DNA from: a virus
Lineage: Duplodnaviria > Caudoviricetes
Virus record (IMG/VR): IMGVR_UViG_3300011442_000010
Coordinates: 5,948 to 69,947 of that record
Length of the DNA: 64,000 nt
Reading direction: 5' to 3' (one strand)
Under the pieces are notes generated by a model, which searched no databases, had not been told where the DNA came from, and saw only the letters and a program-made list of their open reading frames with translations. A program made the translations under genes and the position numbers. Each line of letters opens with the position of its first letter. Position 1 is the stretch's first letter. Shown here one piece after another: positions 36,795 to 45,397 of this stretch.

Positions 36795-38169
36795 AACTAT
36801 AGTTCCCCCAGGTGCATTTAGGAGAACCGGAGTGCTCTACCCAAATCTCCCCCATCCTCCAATTCTTCTCCACCTCACTCCAACTCGGAACCACCGCCCC
36901 CAACCCTTCCATAATCATCTTCATCCCCAACTTCGCCCCACTCACTCCCCAACACGTCTGCATAATGGTGTTGAACTGCTTCTCATTACGCTGAACATAC
37001 TCCCTCGCCCCCTGCACATCCCCATACTGAATAGTCTGAATCACCTCCTGCTCACACCCATCCATCACGCCCCTCAATCTCTCCCTCCCCATCGTAAGGC
37101 TCTTCCGAGTAAGCCCCAAAACGAAGTGTGCCACCGCAGGATGACACATCCAACCGTTGGAGAGGACACGGTACTCTACCCCGTGGGAGGGTAAGCGGTG
37201 TTCTCCGGGAAGTCCATAGTAGCGCCTCCTCACCGGATTATCCACCTCCGCGAAAATCCCCACACTCGCCATCCCCACAATCGCATCGGCGCACTTCACC
37301 ATCTCCCGGGCATCCTCGGGATTGAGGGTTCCGATTCCGTAGTGATAATGGCCTCCCGCAAACCTCACTCCAAGCTCCCGAGGGTTCTCCACCGGCATTC
37401 CCATCAACCCATACGCATTCACACTCGGCTTACACCCCAACTCCACAAACTCCTGCTTCGCCCCCATCAGCATCTCCTGGGGAATTTCCACCACCGTCTT
37501 GGCCGATAGCCTGCTCCCCGGATACTGCTTCGTGGTTTTCTTCCAGAGACTCTCCAATCCCTCCCGGATACTATCTACCTGATACGCGAGGCAGGTATCC
37601 GCCTGTGTAGCGATCTCCGCCTGGAATCCATCCCAGTAGCAGAAGCCTCCGATGCGAAGGGGGGAGGGCTGTTGTGCGCCTCCGTTCCATATCTGGAGCT
37701 TCCTCTCCTTCGCCGCTATGTCCTTATGTGGCAAAAACTCCCACGCTGGAATCACCCCACCTTCCTTGCTCTCCACAAATATCTCGGGATCACTCCCAGA
37801 GAACGCCCCGCCAGTGCCCATGTTCTGGAGCGCCCCCAGCAGGTTTTTCCTCTGCCAGTTCGCTACGCTCGCACGGAGTTCCTGCGCCACATCTCCGGAT
37901 ACCCTCTTAAACTTCACATCCTTCGGAACATAGAGCCAGTTCTCTCTCCACTGCCCAGGGCCAACTTCCGCTCGAAGGTAGAGGTAATCATGCCCCACCC
38001 TCCCATAAACATCCGGCGTGGCTCTCAACGCCTCCACCTTCCCACTGGCGTTGGGATAGTAGCGTTTGAGCCAATCCCCAAGCTCTACTTCTGCCCACTC
38101 CCTCAATGGGAGTCCTGCTTGTTGTGTCTCCACTGTTCTCCTCCTGCATCGTGCGGGAAGGGAGAACAT
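36781..38169 (-). CDS. phiEco32-like COOH-NH2 ligase type 2, paralogue C
   Basis: GSDPEIF, WDGFQAE, LGCKPSVNAY, RFAGGHYH, RRRYYG..GEHR...HGVEYRVLSN.W. Confidence 0.9.
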   Translation of the reverse strand: MFSLPARCRRRTVETQQAGLPLREWAEVELGDWLKRYYPNASGKVEALRATPDVYGRVGHDYLYLRAEVGPGQWRENWLYVPKDVKFKRVSGDVAQELRASVANWQRKNLLGALQNMGTGGAFSGSDPEIFVESKEGGVIPAWEFLPHKDIAAKERKLQIWNGGAQQPSPLRIGGFCYWDGFQAEIATQADTCLAYQVDSIREGLESLWKKTTKQYPGSRLSAKTVVEIPQEMLMGAKQEFVELGCKPSVNAYGLMGMPVENPRELGVRFAGGHYHYGIGTLNPEDAREMVKCADAIVGMASVGIFAEVDNPVRRRYYGLPGEHRLPSHGVEYRVLSNGWMCHPAVAHFVLGLTRKSLTMGRERLRGVMDGCEQEVIQTIQYGDVQGAREYVQRNEKQFNTIMQTCWGVSGAKLGMKMIMEGLGAVVPSWSEVEKNWRMGEIWVEHSGSPKCTWGNYSYGVQ

Positions 38170-38247
38170 ATTACCGGATACTAACGATTCTTACAAGCTC
38201 AACAACAATCAAACAGCCAATTACAATCAGTAAAATTATAGCTCCTA

Positions 38248-39396
38248 TCACACTCTCCCCCCTTCCCACCCCTTCTTCTGCTCCATTCTCCCCTTCACCA
38301 CCGCCCAAACTCTCTCCTCCGGATCTCTCCCGTACATCATATCCGCTAGGATGGGGCGAAGCTCCGTTTTGCTCATAGTAAGCCTCAGCATCTGATCCCA
38401 AACCTTATCTCTCCCCTGCGCAGTGTCCAACCTTCTCCACACCGCCTTCGCGTCTATCTCCACATCCCAAGCATCTCTCCGCAGCATCGAGCATTGTCCG
38501 CGAATCCACGCCCGGAAACCCTCCGGCAGCTCATCCCCCTCCAACGGCCCAAGCTCCGCACCCTGTCTCAGTAGATCACACAACCCCGAGGGAGTCACAG
38601 TGCGGAGGAGATTCCGGAGTTTCTCATACCCCTCATCACGAAGAATTACCCGAAACGGAGGCTCTCCCTTCCTCACCCACCTCAACACCCACCCTCTTCC
38701 CCTACACTCCATCCCGGAGAGTTCCCCGATCTCCTTCACCTTCACCCTCGGCACCGGCAGCATATCATTCCACCCACACCACTGTTGCATAGTGTCGTAG
38801 GAGAGTTCGCTCCCATCACTCTTCCGGACAAGAGCCACCACATAAATCTGCTCCTCCGTATAGCTTCTCACCCTTCTCCATCTATCCCCCACCACCTGTA
38901 CCACCGGGGTAACTCCCCCAGGCCAAGTCGCCTCCTTCTCCCGGGTTCTCATCCTATGGCTCCCCCACCCAATCGCGGGAGAGACGAATCCGTAGCGGTT
39001 GGCCAGCGCGGGCTTCCCATCACTCCCTTCATACACCACACACTGCTCTCCATCCAGCATCTCGGTGATTTCCGGCATCTCCGAGGAGAAATTCTCCACC
39101 TTCGTCTCCGGAAGTCCCTTCGTATCCTCCTGAAAAAACTTCCCCCATGGCCTAGCGATGATCTTCCCTTCCCTCGCCACGATCCCCCTGCACGTCATCG
39201 TTTCCCTGTCCCACAACCTCTCCCTCGCGCATTTCTCCGTATAGGTGAACAGATGTGTCTTCCCATCCGGATGGCTCACCTGCCGGATATTCCCCTGAGC
39301 GATGTGCCAGACGATCTTCTCCGCGTCAAGGCAATCTCGTATCTCGGGGTTCTCCACCCTCTGGGAGAGATTAAGTTGGATCAGTCCGGATTGCAT
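38248..39396 (-). CDS. T4 RNA ligase 1-like protein with degenerate catalytic motifs
   Basis: LFTY...WD...CRGIV...IIARPWGKFF N-domain; motif I reads EMLDG (K to M). Confidence 0.8.
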   Translation of the reverse strand: MQSGLIQLNLSQRVENPEIRDCLDAEKIVWHIAQGNIRQVSHPDGKTHLFTYTEKCARERLWDRETMTCRGIVAREGKIIARPWGKFFQEDTKGLPETKVENFSSEMPEITEMLDGEQCVVYEGSDGKPALANRYGFVSPAIGWGSHRMRTREKEATWPGGVTPVVQVVGDRWRRVRSYTEEQIYVVALVRKSDGSELSYDTMQQWCGWNDMLPVPRVKVKEIGELSGMECRGRGWVLRWVRKGEPPFRVILRDEGYEKLRNLLRTVTPSGLCDLLRQGAELGPLEGDELPEGFRAWIRGQCSMLRRDAWDVEIDAKAVWRRLDTAQGRDKVWDQMLRLTMSKTELRPILADMMYGRDPEERVWAVVKGRMEQKKGWEGGRV

Positions 39397-39635
39397 TAAA
39401 GGGAATACCTCACTCCCGTGATCTCTCCGAAGTTGCCTATTATTCCGGTGCAGAATCCCACCACCAGAGGCATCCCGGGCTTCAGTAGTGGGCGGGTAGC
39501 GAGGATCGCTGCATGTCTCTCCTCCACCCTCCCAAGCGCATCCACACTGGAAAACCTCACCCCCACTACTTCGGAGGAGAATTCATATTGCCGCCCGCCT
39601 TCAACCGTTACTCTCGCTTTCATTTCTGCCCCCAA
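39396..39635 (-). CDS. Hypothetical protein
   Basis: 79 aa, stop overlaps next start. Confidence 0.5.
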   Translation of the reverse strand: MGAEMKARVTVEGGRQYEFSSEVVGVRFSSVDALGRVEERHAAILATRPLLKPGMPLVVGFCTGIIGNFGEITGVRYSL

Positions 39636-39950
39636 AACTCTGCAAGCTCGCTGACAATTCCATTGAATATTACCGGACTTACGCCGTCTATAGCCATTCT
39701 CTTGTTAATAGCTTCGTCTGAATTACAGTTACACTCTCCCTCACAATCACACTCTACTATCCATCTCTTGTAGGGATGGGGGCCATCTATCCAACTCACA
39801 ACCTCTCCTTCACAGCTTCGTAGACTTCACGAAGGATATTAATCTCAGCCTCTGGCACCTTATACATCTTCTCCCCATGCACATACCCAAACGTAGAAGC
39901 TTCCAATATCCGCTCAATCGCCTTCTTTAACTCCAATCTCTTCCGCTCGT

Positions 39951-40250
39951 TCACTCTTCTCTCCTCCTCCCTCTCACCGGAGCCTTGTCTGCGTTGGTAG
40001 CCTCTGGGGGGAGAATCTCCAAATTCTCCGACAATATCCTTCGTTGTTGCTCCTCCTCCACCTCTTCCTCATCCCTCGGAGCCGTTAGAGCCTCCTCCAG
40101 CGCAGTCTTCCACTCCCCCAGTTCCCACACCGGAACTCCTGTGCTTTGGGTGGTCACGACGGCAAACTCCACTAGCTTGAGGAGATCACGGAGCTCCAAC
40201 TCTCCCTCAAACAACACCCCAAACTCCCCTCCCTCAATTACCTGTGCCAT
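39951..40250 (-). CDS. Acidic hypothetical protein
   Basis: 99 aa ORF, operon-packed. Confidence 0.5.
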   Translation of the reverse strand: MAQVIEGGEFGVLFEGELELRDLLKLVEFAVVTTQSTGVPVWELGEWKTALEEALTAPRDEEEVEEEQQRRILSENLEILPPEATNADKAPVRGRRREE

Positions 40251-40509
40251 GGTTATCTACCTCATCCACCTCATCGCAAACCGAGATGTAGGTTTCAAGT
40301 GCAACGCGTAATCTTTCTGCCATTTCATAAGGAATGGTCTTAATGTTCCGACTTTTACGATGTCCAGCCGGTATCCAGTTGTAAATCTCATCCAACACTA
40401 CTTGTGCCATATCCCCATCCACTCCCTTACCCTCGTCCAGAGCCTTTGCCATGTTCCATGACTCCGCTTGTGCCCCGCGAGCGCAAACGAGAAAAACTCC
40501 CTCCCACAA
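40234..40509 (-). CDS. Hypothetical protein
   Basis: 91 aa ORF; true start probably MAKALD. Confidence 0.5.
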   Translation of the reverse strand: MWEGVFLVCARGAQAESWNMAKALDEGKGVDGDMAQVVLDEIYNWIPAGHRKSRNIKTIPYEMAERLRVALETYISVCDEVDEVDNHGTGN

Positions 40510-40512
40510 TGT

Positions 40513-40980
40513 CTACACCTCTTCAGCCCGATAGTCATGATCGCCTCTCACCCTTCCTTGGGGGTTCCACTCTTCTCTCGCACAATGTGCCCACAAATAG
40601 AGTATTTTCTTCCAAGCCCACTGCCAAGGCCGCTTGGTAAGCCTCACAGGTTTCTTCCCCTCGCTCAAATCCCTCACCCAAAGAGTGATCTGGTTCCCTG
40701 TTTTGGGATTGGGGGTGGTAAGCACCGGATAAAACTCATGCGCTTGTAGATGCCGGATGCTTTCCGCGTTGTTCCCCTCGTTGCTGGTAGTAGCAAACGC
40801 AATCCCTGCCATGTGATCCTTTAGCAGAAAGGGAATGGTATCCGCTTGGGAGCGCCCGGATTTCCATTCATGGTGATACCCTCCGTTGCCATCTGGCATC
40901 CACTCCCAATGGCCATTCCCGTCCAAATCCCAAACCTCAATCATCCCACAGCATCCGTGGGTTCGAGTGCTACGTTGCAT
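40513..40980 (-). CDS. GNAT-like protein, CCG family copy 5
   Basis: THGCCGMIEV...AFATTS...HLQAHEFYPVLTTPNPKTGNQITLWVRDL. Confidence 0.6.
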   Translation of the reverse strand: MQRSTRTHGCCGMIEVWDLDGNGHWEWMPDGNGGYHHEWKSGRSQADTIPFLLKDHMAGIAFATTSNEGNNAESIRHLQAHEFYPVLTTPNPKTGNQITLWVRDLSEGKKPVRLTKRPWQWAWKKILYLWAHCAREEWNPQGRVRGDHDYRAEEV

Positions 40981-41415
40981 ACAGCTCCCCCTACCCCTCC
41001 AACAAAATGTTAACCAACCGAAGAAGAAGCCCTATATGTACAGCTTCCAAGTCTCCTTGCTGGGTGCCTAGCTTCTTCAGCTTGACCACAGCTTCTTCCA
41101 GTTCCTGTTTGAACTTTACCAGTCTTATGGTTTTCATCATCTCTCCCATGTTCCTTCGCAGCAGGAGGAAGGTGGAATCAGCCGCGATCAGCTAAGGCTC
41201 ATGCCAAAGGTTGCGTCTGGTCACCTTCTCGGGGAGCGTTGGGAGAGACATCTCCCCGTCCCTCTATCCCCCGGCTGCGAAGAAGCATTGAAGCCTCTAC
41301 CGTGGCCAATCTTCTGCCTTCGGCTTAATCCACCACACCATAAGAATTGCAAATACCAAGCATAGAAATAAAATCCAACCTACGCTCACATACCCTCCTT
41401 GCTATTCGCAGACAC

Positions 41416-41456
41416 AAAAATAGCGGGGGAGCAGCCCATGCTGCTCCACACCGCTA
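41416..41456 (-). terminator. Intrinsic terminator
   Basis: Minus strand TAGCGG-tgt-GGAGCAGC-atgg-GCTGCTCC-c-CCGCTA-TTTTT. Confidence 0.7.
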
Positions 41457-41474
41457 GGTTGATCGCCGGTTGAA

Positions 41475-41555
41475 CTACTTCGCCAGGTTGGTGCTCTTCT
41501 TGCTCGTTACCGCTTTCTTCGTGCTTTTCTTAATGGTTTTCTTCGTCGTTGCCAT
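41475..41555 (-). CDS. 26-aa Lys/Thr-rich basic peptide (not in ORF track)
   Basis: GGAGG SD; MATTKKTIKKSTKKAVTSKKSTNLAK; followed directly by a terminator. Confidence 0.6.
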   Translation of the reverse strand: MATTKKTIKKSTKKAVTSKKSTNLAK

Positions 41556-41790
41556 AATCAGCTTCCTCCCTTCATCAGTAATACCGCGAGTTTCCCATGT
41601 CCAACCGCAACACGGACTCCACGGAGATCAAAGTAGAACTTCATCCCCATGCCGTTGGTGATACTATGCGTGGTGCGCATCGGGAGGCTTCGATGAGGAT
41701 AGTCCCCCCGTAGGCTCCAAAGCATCGGGCGATGGTGGATGGGATGGATTCTCCTTCCTCCTATCGTGCCATTTCCTGTAGGGTCGTAGC

Positions 41791-42159
41791 TCACAGCTTC
41801 CCCTGCACTCTCTGCTGCTCCAAGCTCAACCACTTGCTCGGATTCGGCACCACATTCCCCTGCTGCTCCGCTACCCTGTTCTGCTCCCGCTGGTAGCGTT
41901 TGGGAATCCTATCCGCACTTATAAGCTCCTCCACCATCTCCACAAACAACTCCACATGACTCACGTCGATTTTGTAGATTTTGCTGAGGCCCACGAGATA
42001 CGGGCGATCCTTCGCCAACTCCCTCATCTGCATCTTGCGGAGACGGGAGATGGTAGCCCGAGCACACTGTCGGGCATATACCTCCTCCGCATGATGCTGG
42101 GAGATCTTCTCCATATACATCTGAGAGGCCGCACTGCGTTCCATGATTGTGGGGTTCAT
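41791..42159 (-). CDS. Hypothetical protein
   Basis: 122 aa ORF. Confidence 0.55.
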   Translation of the reverse strand: MNPTIMERSAASQMYMEKISQHHAEEVYARQCARATISRLRKMQMRELAKDRPYLVGLSKIYKIDVSHVELFVEMVEELISADRIPKRYQREQNRVAEQQGNVVPNPSKWLSLEQQRVQGKL

Positions 42160-42162
42160 AGT

Positions 42163-42363
42163 CTATGCCTCCCCGTGATTTATCGCGTCCCAATTCAAAA
42201 GGGACATACTATAGGCTTCAGTTGGATTCATCTGCCGCCACCAATGAAGCCCTTCTACATCATGCCGAGCCTCTTGGTGCTGCCTTGCTGCTTTCTTCGT
42301 CCGGAACTTCCTCGCCGGTCTACACAACGTACAACGCTTCTTTTTTGCCCTGTGGATGCTCAT
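42163..42363 (-). CDS. Small basic C2H2 zinc-finger protein
   Basis: CTLCRPARKFRTKKAARQHQEARH = C-x2-C-x14-H-x4-H. Confidence 0.6.
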   Translation of the reverse strand: MSIHRAKKKRCTLCRPARKFRTKKAARQHQEARHDVEGLHWWRQMNPTEAYSMSLLNWDAINHGEA

Positions 42364-42559
42364 GCTCTCCCCTTATGCGCGTGAATCCATCTCCGCCTCA
42401 ATGTAACCGAAGCAAAGTCCGATTGGCATGGCCAAAACTACACCCCACCAACCAATCAACAGTGTTAAAGCCACTGATACTCCTATTGAAGACAACGTCA
42501 TCAAACACCAATATTTACCCATAAGATACTTCTCCCTTTCTCGATCTCTACTCCCTCAC

Positions 42560-42586
42560 AAAAAAGGGGAGCATTTCTGCTCCCCT
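42560..42586 (-). terminator. Intrinsic terminator
   Basis: Minus strand AGGGGAGCA-gaaa-TGCTCCCCT-TTTTT. Confidence 0.75.
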
Positions 42587-42805
42587 CTACTGTTCCCCAA
42601 AAGCCGATAGTCGGTAAATAATCAACCCACCAACCACTCAACAACCAACCACCAAAGACCAAGAATGCTAGATAATCAACAATCTGCCAAGAGCACCTAG
42701 CACGCTCTACGGACTTCAGCAGTGTTCGGTGTATTTAGTTTATCGTCGAGTTTTCCAAACGGTTCTCTCGACTAGACTACCCCCATCCTTTGGAGATACA
42801 ATCCC

Positions 42806-43108
42806 TTACTGCAATTCTCCCAACACCGCATCATCCCACTGGTAATTCTCCAGCGTGGTCTGCGCATTGGCGCGTTTGATTGCCGCTTCACAGAGCCGAA
42901 GCTCCCTGGCAATCCGGGTGATTTGTTTATCCAGAGCCTTCGCGTCATACTCCGGTTTCTGAACCTCGCGCGGAGCGGTTTCATTGCCATAGAAGCGTTG
43001 AACCTCTCGCGCATTTCCATTCCGCAGCGCGATTAACTCCGCTGCACGTGCCTTGAGGGTCTTCATCACCCCCAAAGCCTCACTTATGGTAACTCTTTGA
43101 GCTGCCAT
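42806..43108 (-). CDS. Coiled-coil hypothetical protein (DIP1984-like pattern)
   Basis: TISEAL...L..R...L...AI.RAN.QT pattern; GGAGG SD. Confidence 0.6.
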   Translation of the reverse strand: MAAQRVTISEALGVMKTLKARAAELIALRNGNAREVQRFYGNETAPREVQKPEYDAKALDKQITRIARELRLCEAAIKRANAQTTLENYQWDDAVLGELQ

Positions 43109-43129
43109 TTACACCTCCTCAAACTTTAC

Positions 43130-43162
43130 AAAAGGGGAGAGCCTCAACCTCAAGCCCTCCCC
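43130..43162 (-). terminator. Intrinsic terminator
   Basis: Minus strand GGGGAGGGC-loop-GCTCTCCCC-TTTT. Confidence 0.65.
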
Positions 43163-43198
43163 AAAGGAGCCACCCTCATGACTACCTGAACAAACTAC

Positions 43199-43636
43199 CT
43201 AGAAACTTATCACCCAAACATTATCCGGAAGAATTGGAGCAATAACCCCCCTCACATCCTCCCACCGGAGCCTTCCATTCCCACACCCTGGTCTCGGTAG
43301 CACGAACGTATAGATAGGCTTTGCCGGATGTCGAGCAATCTCTGCCAACTCCTCCGCACTACGCCGTATCAGCTCTAAATCCGCCATTTCATACCAGTTG
43401 TGCTTCACTGGAAAGAAAAACAACGGCAATTCCCTTGATGCCCAACACACATTTCCATGCTCTCGGATATGCTGTCCGAGAATCTTTGGAACCTCAGGAT
43501 ACCGTTGCGAAGCCTCAAACGCACACCCCCGTCCCATTACACAAGCGCCGTTGGTCTTGACTGTTCCATTGGTAGTGATCCCCAACAAAAACATAGGACG
43601 AAGATAGTCCCACAAGTTTCCTTTGATTTCCTTCAT
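43199..43636 (-). CDS. Macrodomain (ADP-ribose-binding/hydrolase, DarG/Poa1-like)
   Basis: IKGNLW...TTN...G..VMGRGCA...YP...FPVKHNW...LPRPGCGNGRLRW. Confidence 0.85.
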   Translation of the reverse strand: MKEIKGNLWDYLRPMFLLGITTNGTVKTNGACVMGRGCAFEASQRYPEVPKILGQHIREHGNVCWASRELPLFFFPVKHNWYEMADLELIRRSAEELAEIARHPAKPIYTFVLPRPGCGNGRLRWEDVRGVIAPILPDNVWVISF

Positions 43637-43917
43637 ATCTCTCCAATCTTCCCAAATGGGAGCAGCAGAAGGGGCAGGGGATCAAGGGGATGCTGTCCCA
43701 TTACGGCAGCTTACTTCCACCTGTCTCAACCCACTCTCCCCCTCTGCTGTCACACCCGAGGCAGTCGGGTGTGAAGACTAATATCGCCGTTCAAAATATA
43801 AGCACACGCAAGCACATATGAAGCAGAAAATCCCGCTTGCGATGTTAGCTGGTTCATGCCCAGCAAACCATGCTACGATATTGATCAGCACCATTAACAG
43901 GCAAATAATTGTTCCCA

Positions 43918-44100
43918 TCACATCCCCCCAATAACCTTATAATCTGCCAAAAACACCCCGATCATCAAGAGATACACCCACCACGGGAAACCCTCTCGGT
44001 GCTTCAAATCATACCCCATGCACCCCACCGCACACAACGTCATCCCCAACCACACCCCCTGCGCGAGTATCATTCCTGCACCCTCCCATCCCCCGGGCAA
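43918..44100 (-). CDS. Small membrane protein
   Basis: Two hydrophobic segments. Confidence 0.4.
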   Translation of the reverse strand: MPGGWEGAGMILAQGVWLGMTLCAVGCMGYDLKHREGFPWWVYLLMIGVFLADYKVIGGM

Positions 44101-44285
44101 ACCCTTAACACATTAGCTTCATCTGCACAGATAATCTCTCCTGCCTTAAACTCTCCTGTGCAATATGCGCAATCACCGTACTCATCCTGATAGGTATATC
44201 CACTCCCTTGATCCTCATGGCAATAGCAACGAATATGATGGGTATGCCCACAATCGTTCTCAATTGCGCCGCATGGCTCGCTCAT
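44070..44285 (-). CDS. Small Cys/His-rich protein
   Basis: CG...CGH..H..CYCH...CAYC. Confidence 0.5.
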   Translation of the reverse strand: MSEPCGAIENDCGHTHHIRCYCHEDQGSGYTYQDEYGDCAYCTGEFKAGEIICADEANVLRVCPGDGRVQE

Positions 44286-44953
44286 TCTTGAATCCTCCCA
44301 TCCTCAAACACATACCCCGGCGGATAAGGCCAGCTCTCCTCTGGAGCCTCCAGCAACCACTCATCCCTCGTAACCGCCTCCTCGGGAGTCTCCGCGGGGA
44401 AGAATGCCATCCCCCCTCTTCTCACAATCTCCAACCCCTGAGCCTTGGTCACGCGCCGTTGGGGGTTTTCCCTCTCAAGCTGCTCCAGAAACGTCTCCGG
44501 GGGCTTCCCCTTTCCCCTGCTCCCCCTCCCCTGCTCCAGCAACGTTACCCCCTGCGCGCGAAGGTTGTAGAGCTTCGCCACAGTCGTGGGTACGAACCTA
44601 TTATTCCACCCCTGCCACTTACACAGAATCGGCTTCCCATCCCTCCGGGTGGAGATAATATGCTCCACCGGCTTCCCCGCGGCATCCTGCACCTGCGCCC
44701 CAATCACCCACGCGAAGAGTTTGCTCTTCCCCATCTTCTGCCTATCCTCGATCACCAATCTCGTGATGGCTAATTTGGCCTTATAGGCCTTCTCCATGTT
44801 ATCGAGTCTGCGGGCCATCTCCCTATACTGCATGGGATCAATCTCATGCGCGATGAGCATCCGGGCTAACACCGCCGCTCTCTCCCCTATGTCACGGAGA
44901 TCTTCCTCATACTCCTGCCTAGTATATAGTGCCATCTGCTGCTTCTCTCCCAA
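44282..44953 (-). CDS. Hypothetical protein
   Basis: 223 aa ORF, stop overlaps next start. Confidence 0.6.
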   Translation of the reverse strand: MGEKQQMALYTRQEYEEDLRDIGERAAVLARMLIAHEIDPMQYREMARRLDNMEKAYKAKLAITRLVIEDRQKMGKSKLFAWVIGAQVQDAAGKPVEHIISTRRDGKPILCKWQGWNNRFVPTTVAKLYNLRAQGVTLLEQGRGSRGKGKPPETFLEQLERENPQRRVTKAQGLEIVRRGGMAFFPAETPEEAVTRDEWLLEAPEESWPYPPGYVFEDGRIQE

Positions 44954-44983
44954 ACAGAATTAAAAATAGCTACTACACAAGTC

Positions 44984-45397
44984 TTACAACCGCTTCATGT
45001 TCTCCCAATCATACTCCACCCTCGTACCGCACTCAAGACACCTCACATAATCCCCATCATCATCATGCATCACCCTAGTATGTCGCTTGTGGTGGCACGA
45101 AAAAAGGCGAGATAGCCTCTTCAGCCATCCCGCCCTTTGGGGTGCAGCGGAGAGAGGGGGTGTCCTCTCCTCCACTGCTGGGCAAACCATTACACCATCT
45201 CTGGTAATCTCTACTACCTCCGCAACCGCTTCTGCTTCTCCTCCTCGCGTGCCAGTTGCTCTCCCAGTTTGGTGATCTTCTTCACTTCTCTGCATCCTAG
45301 GCACTTTACATTCACCAACCTTCCCGCGAGGGTTCGAGTCTCCGTCCTCCACACACTCCCACACATGGTTCCGGTAGGAGTATTGCGATTGCGACAT
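44984..45397 (-). CDS. Hypothetical protein; C-terminal part (CHHKRH...CLECG) most credible
   Basis: Overlaps 45214-45609 in its 5' part; real start likely internal. Confidence 0.4.
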   Translation of the reverse strand: MSQSQYSYRNHVWECVEDGDSNPRGKVGECKVPRMQRSEEDHQTGRATGTRGGEAEAVAEVVEITRDGVMVCPAVEERTPPLSAAPQRAGWLKRLSRLFSCHHKRHTRVMHDDDGDYVRCLECGTRVEYDWENMKRL

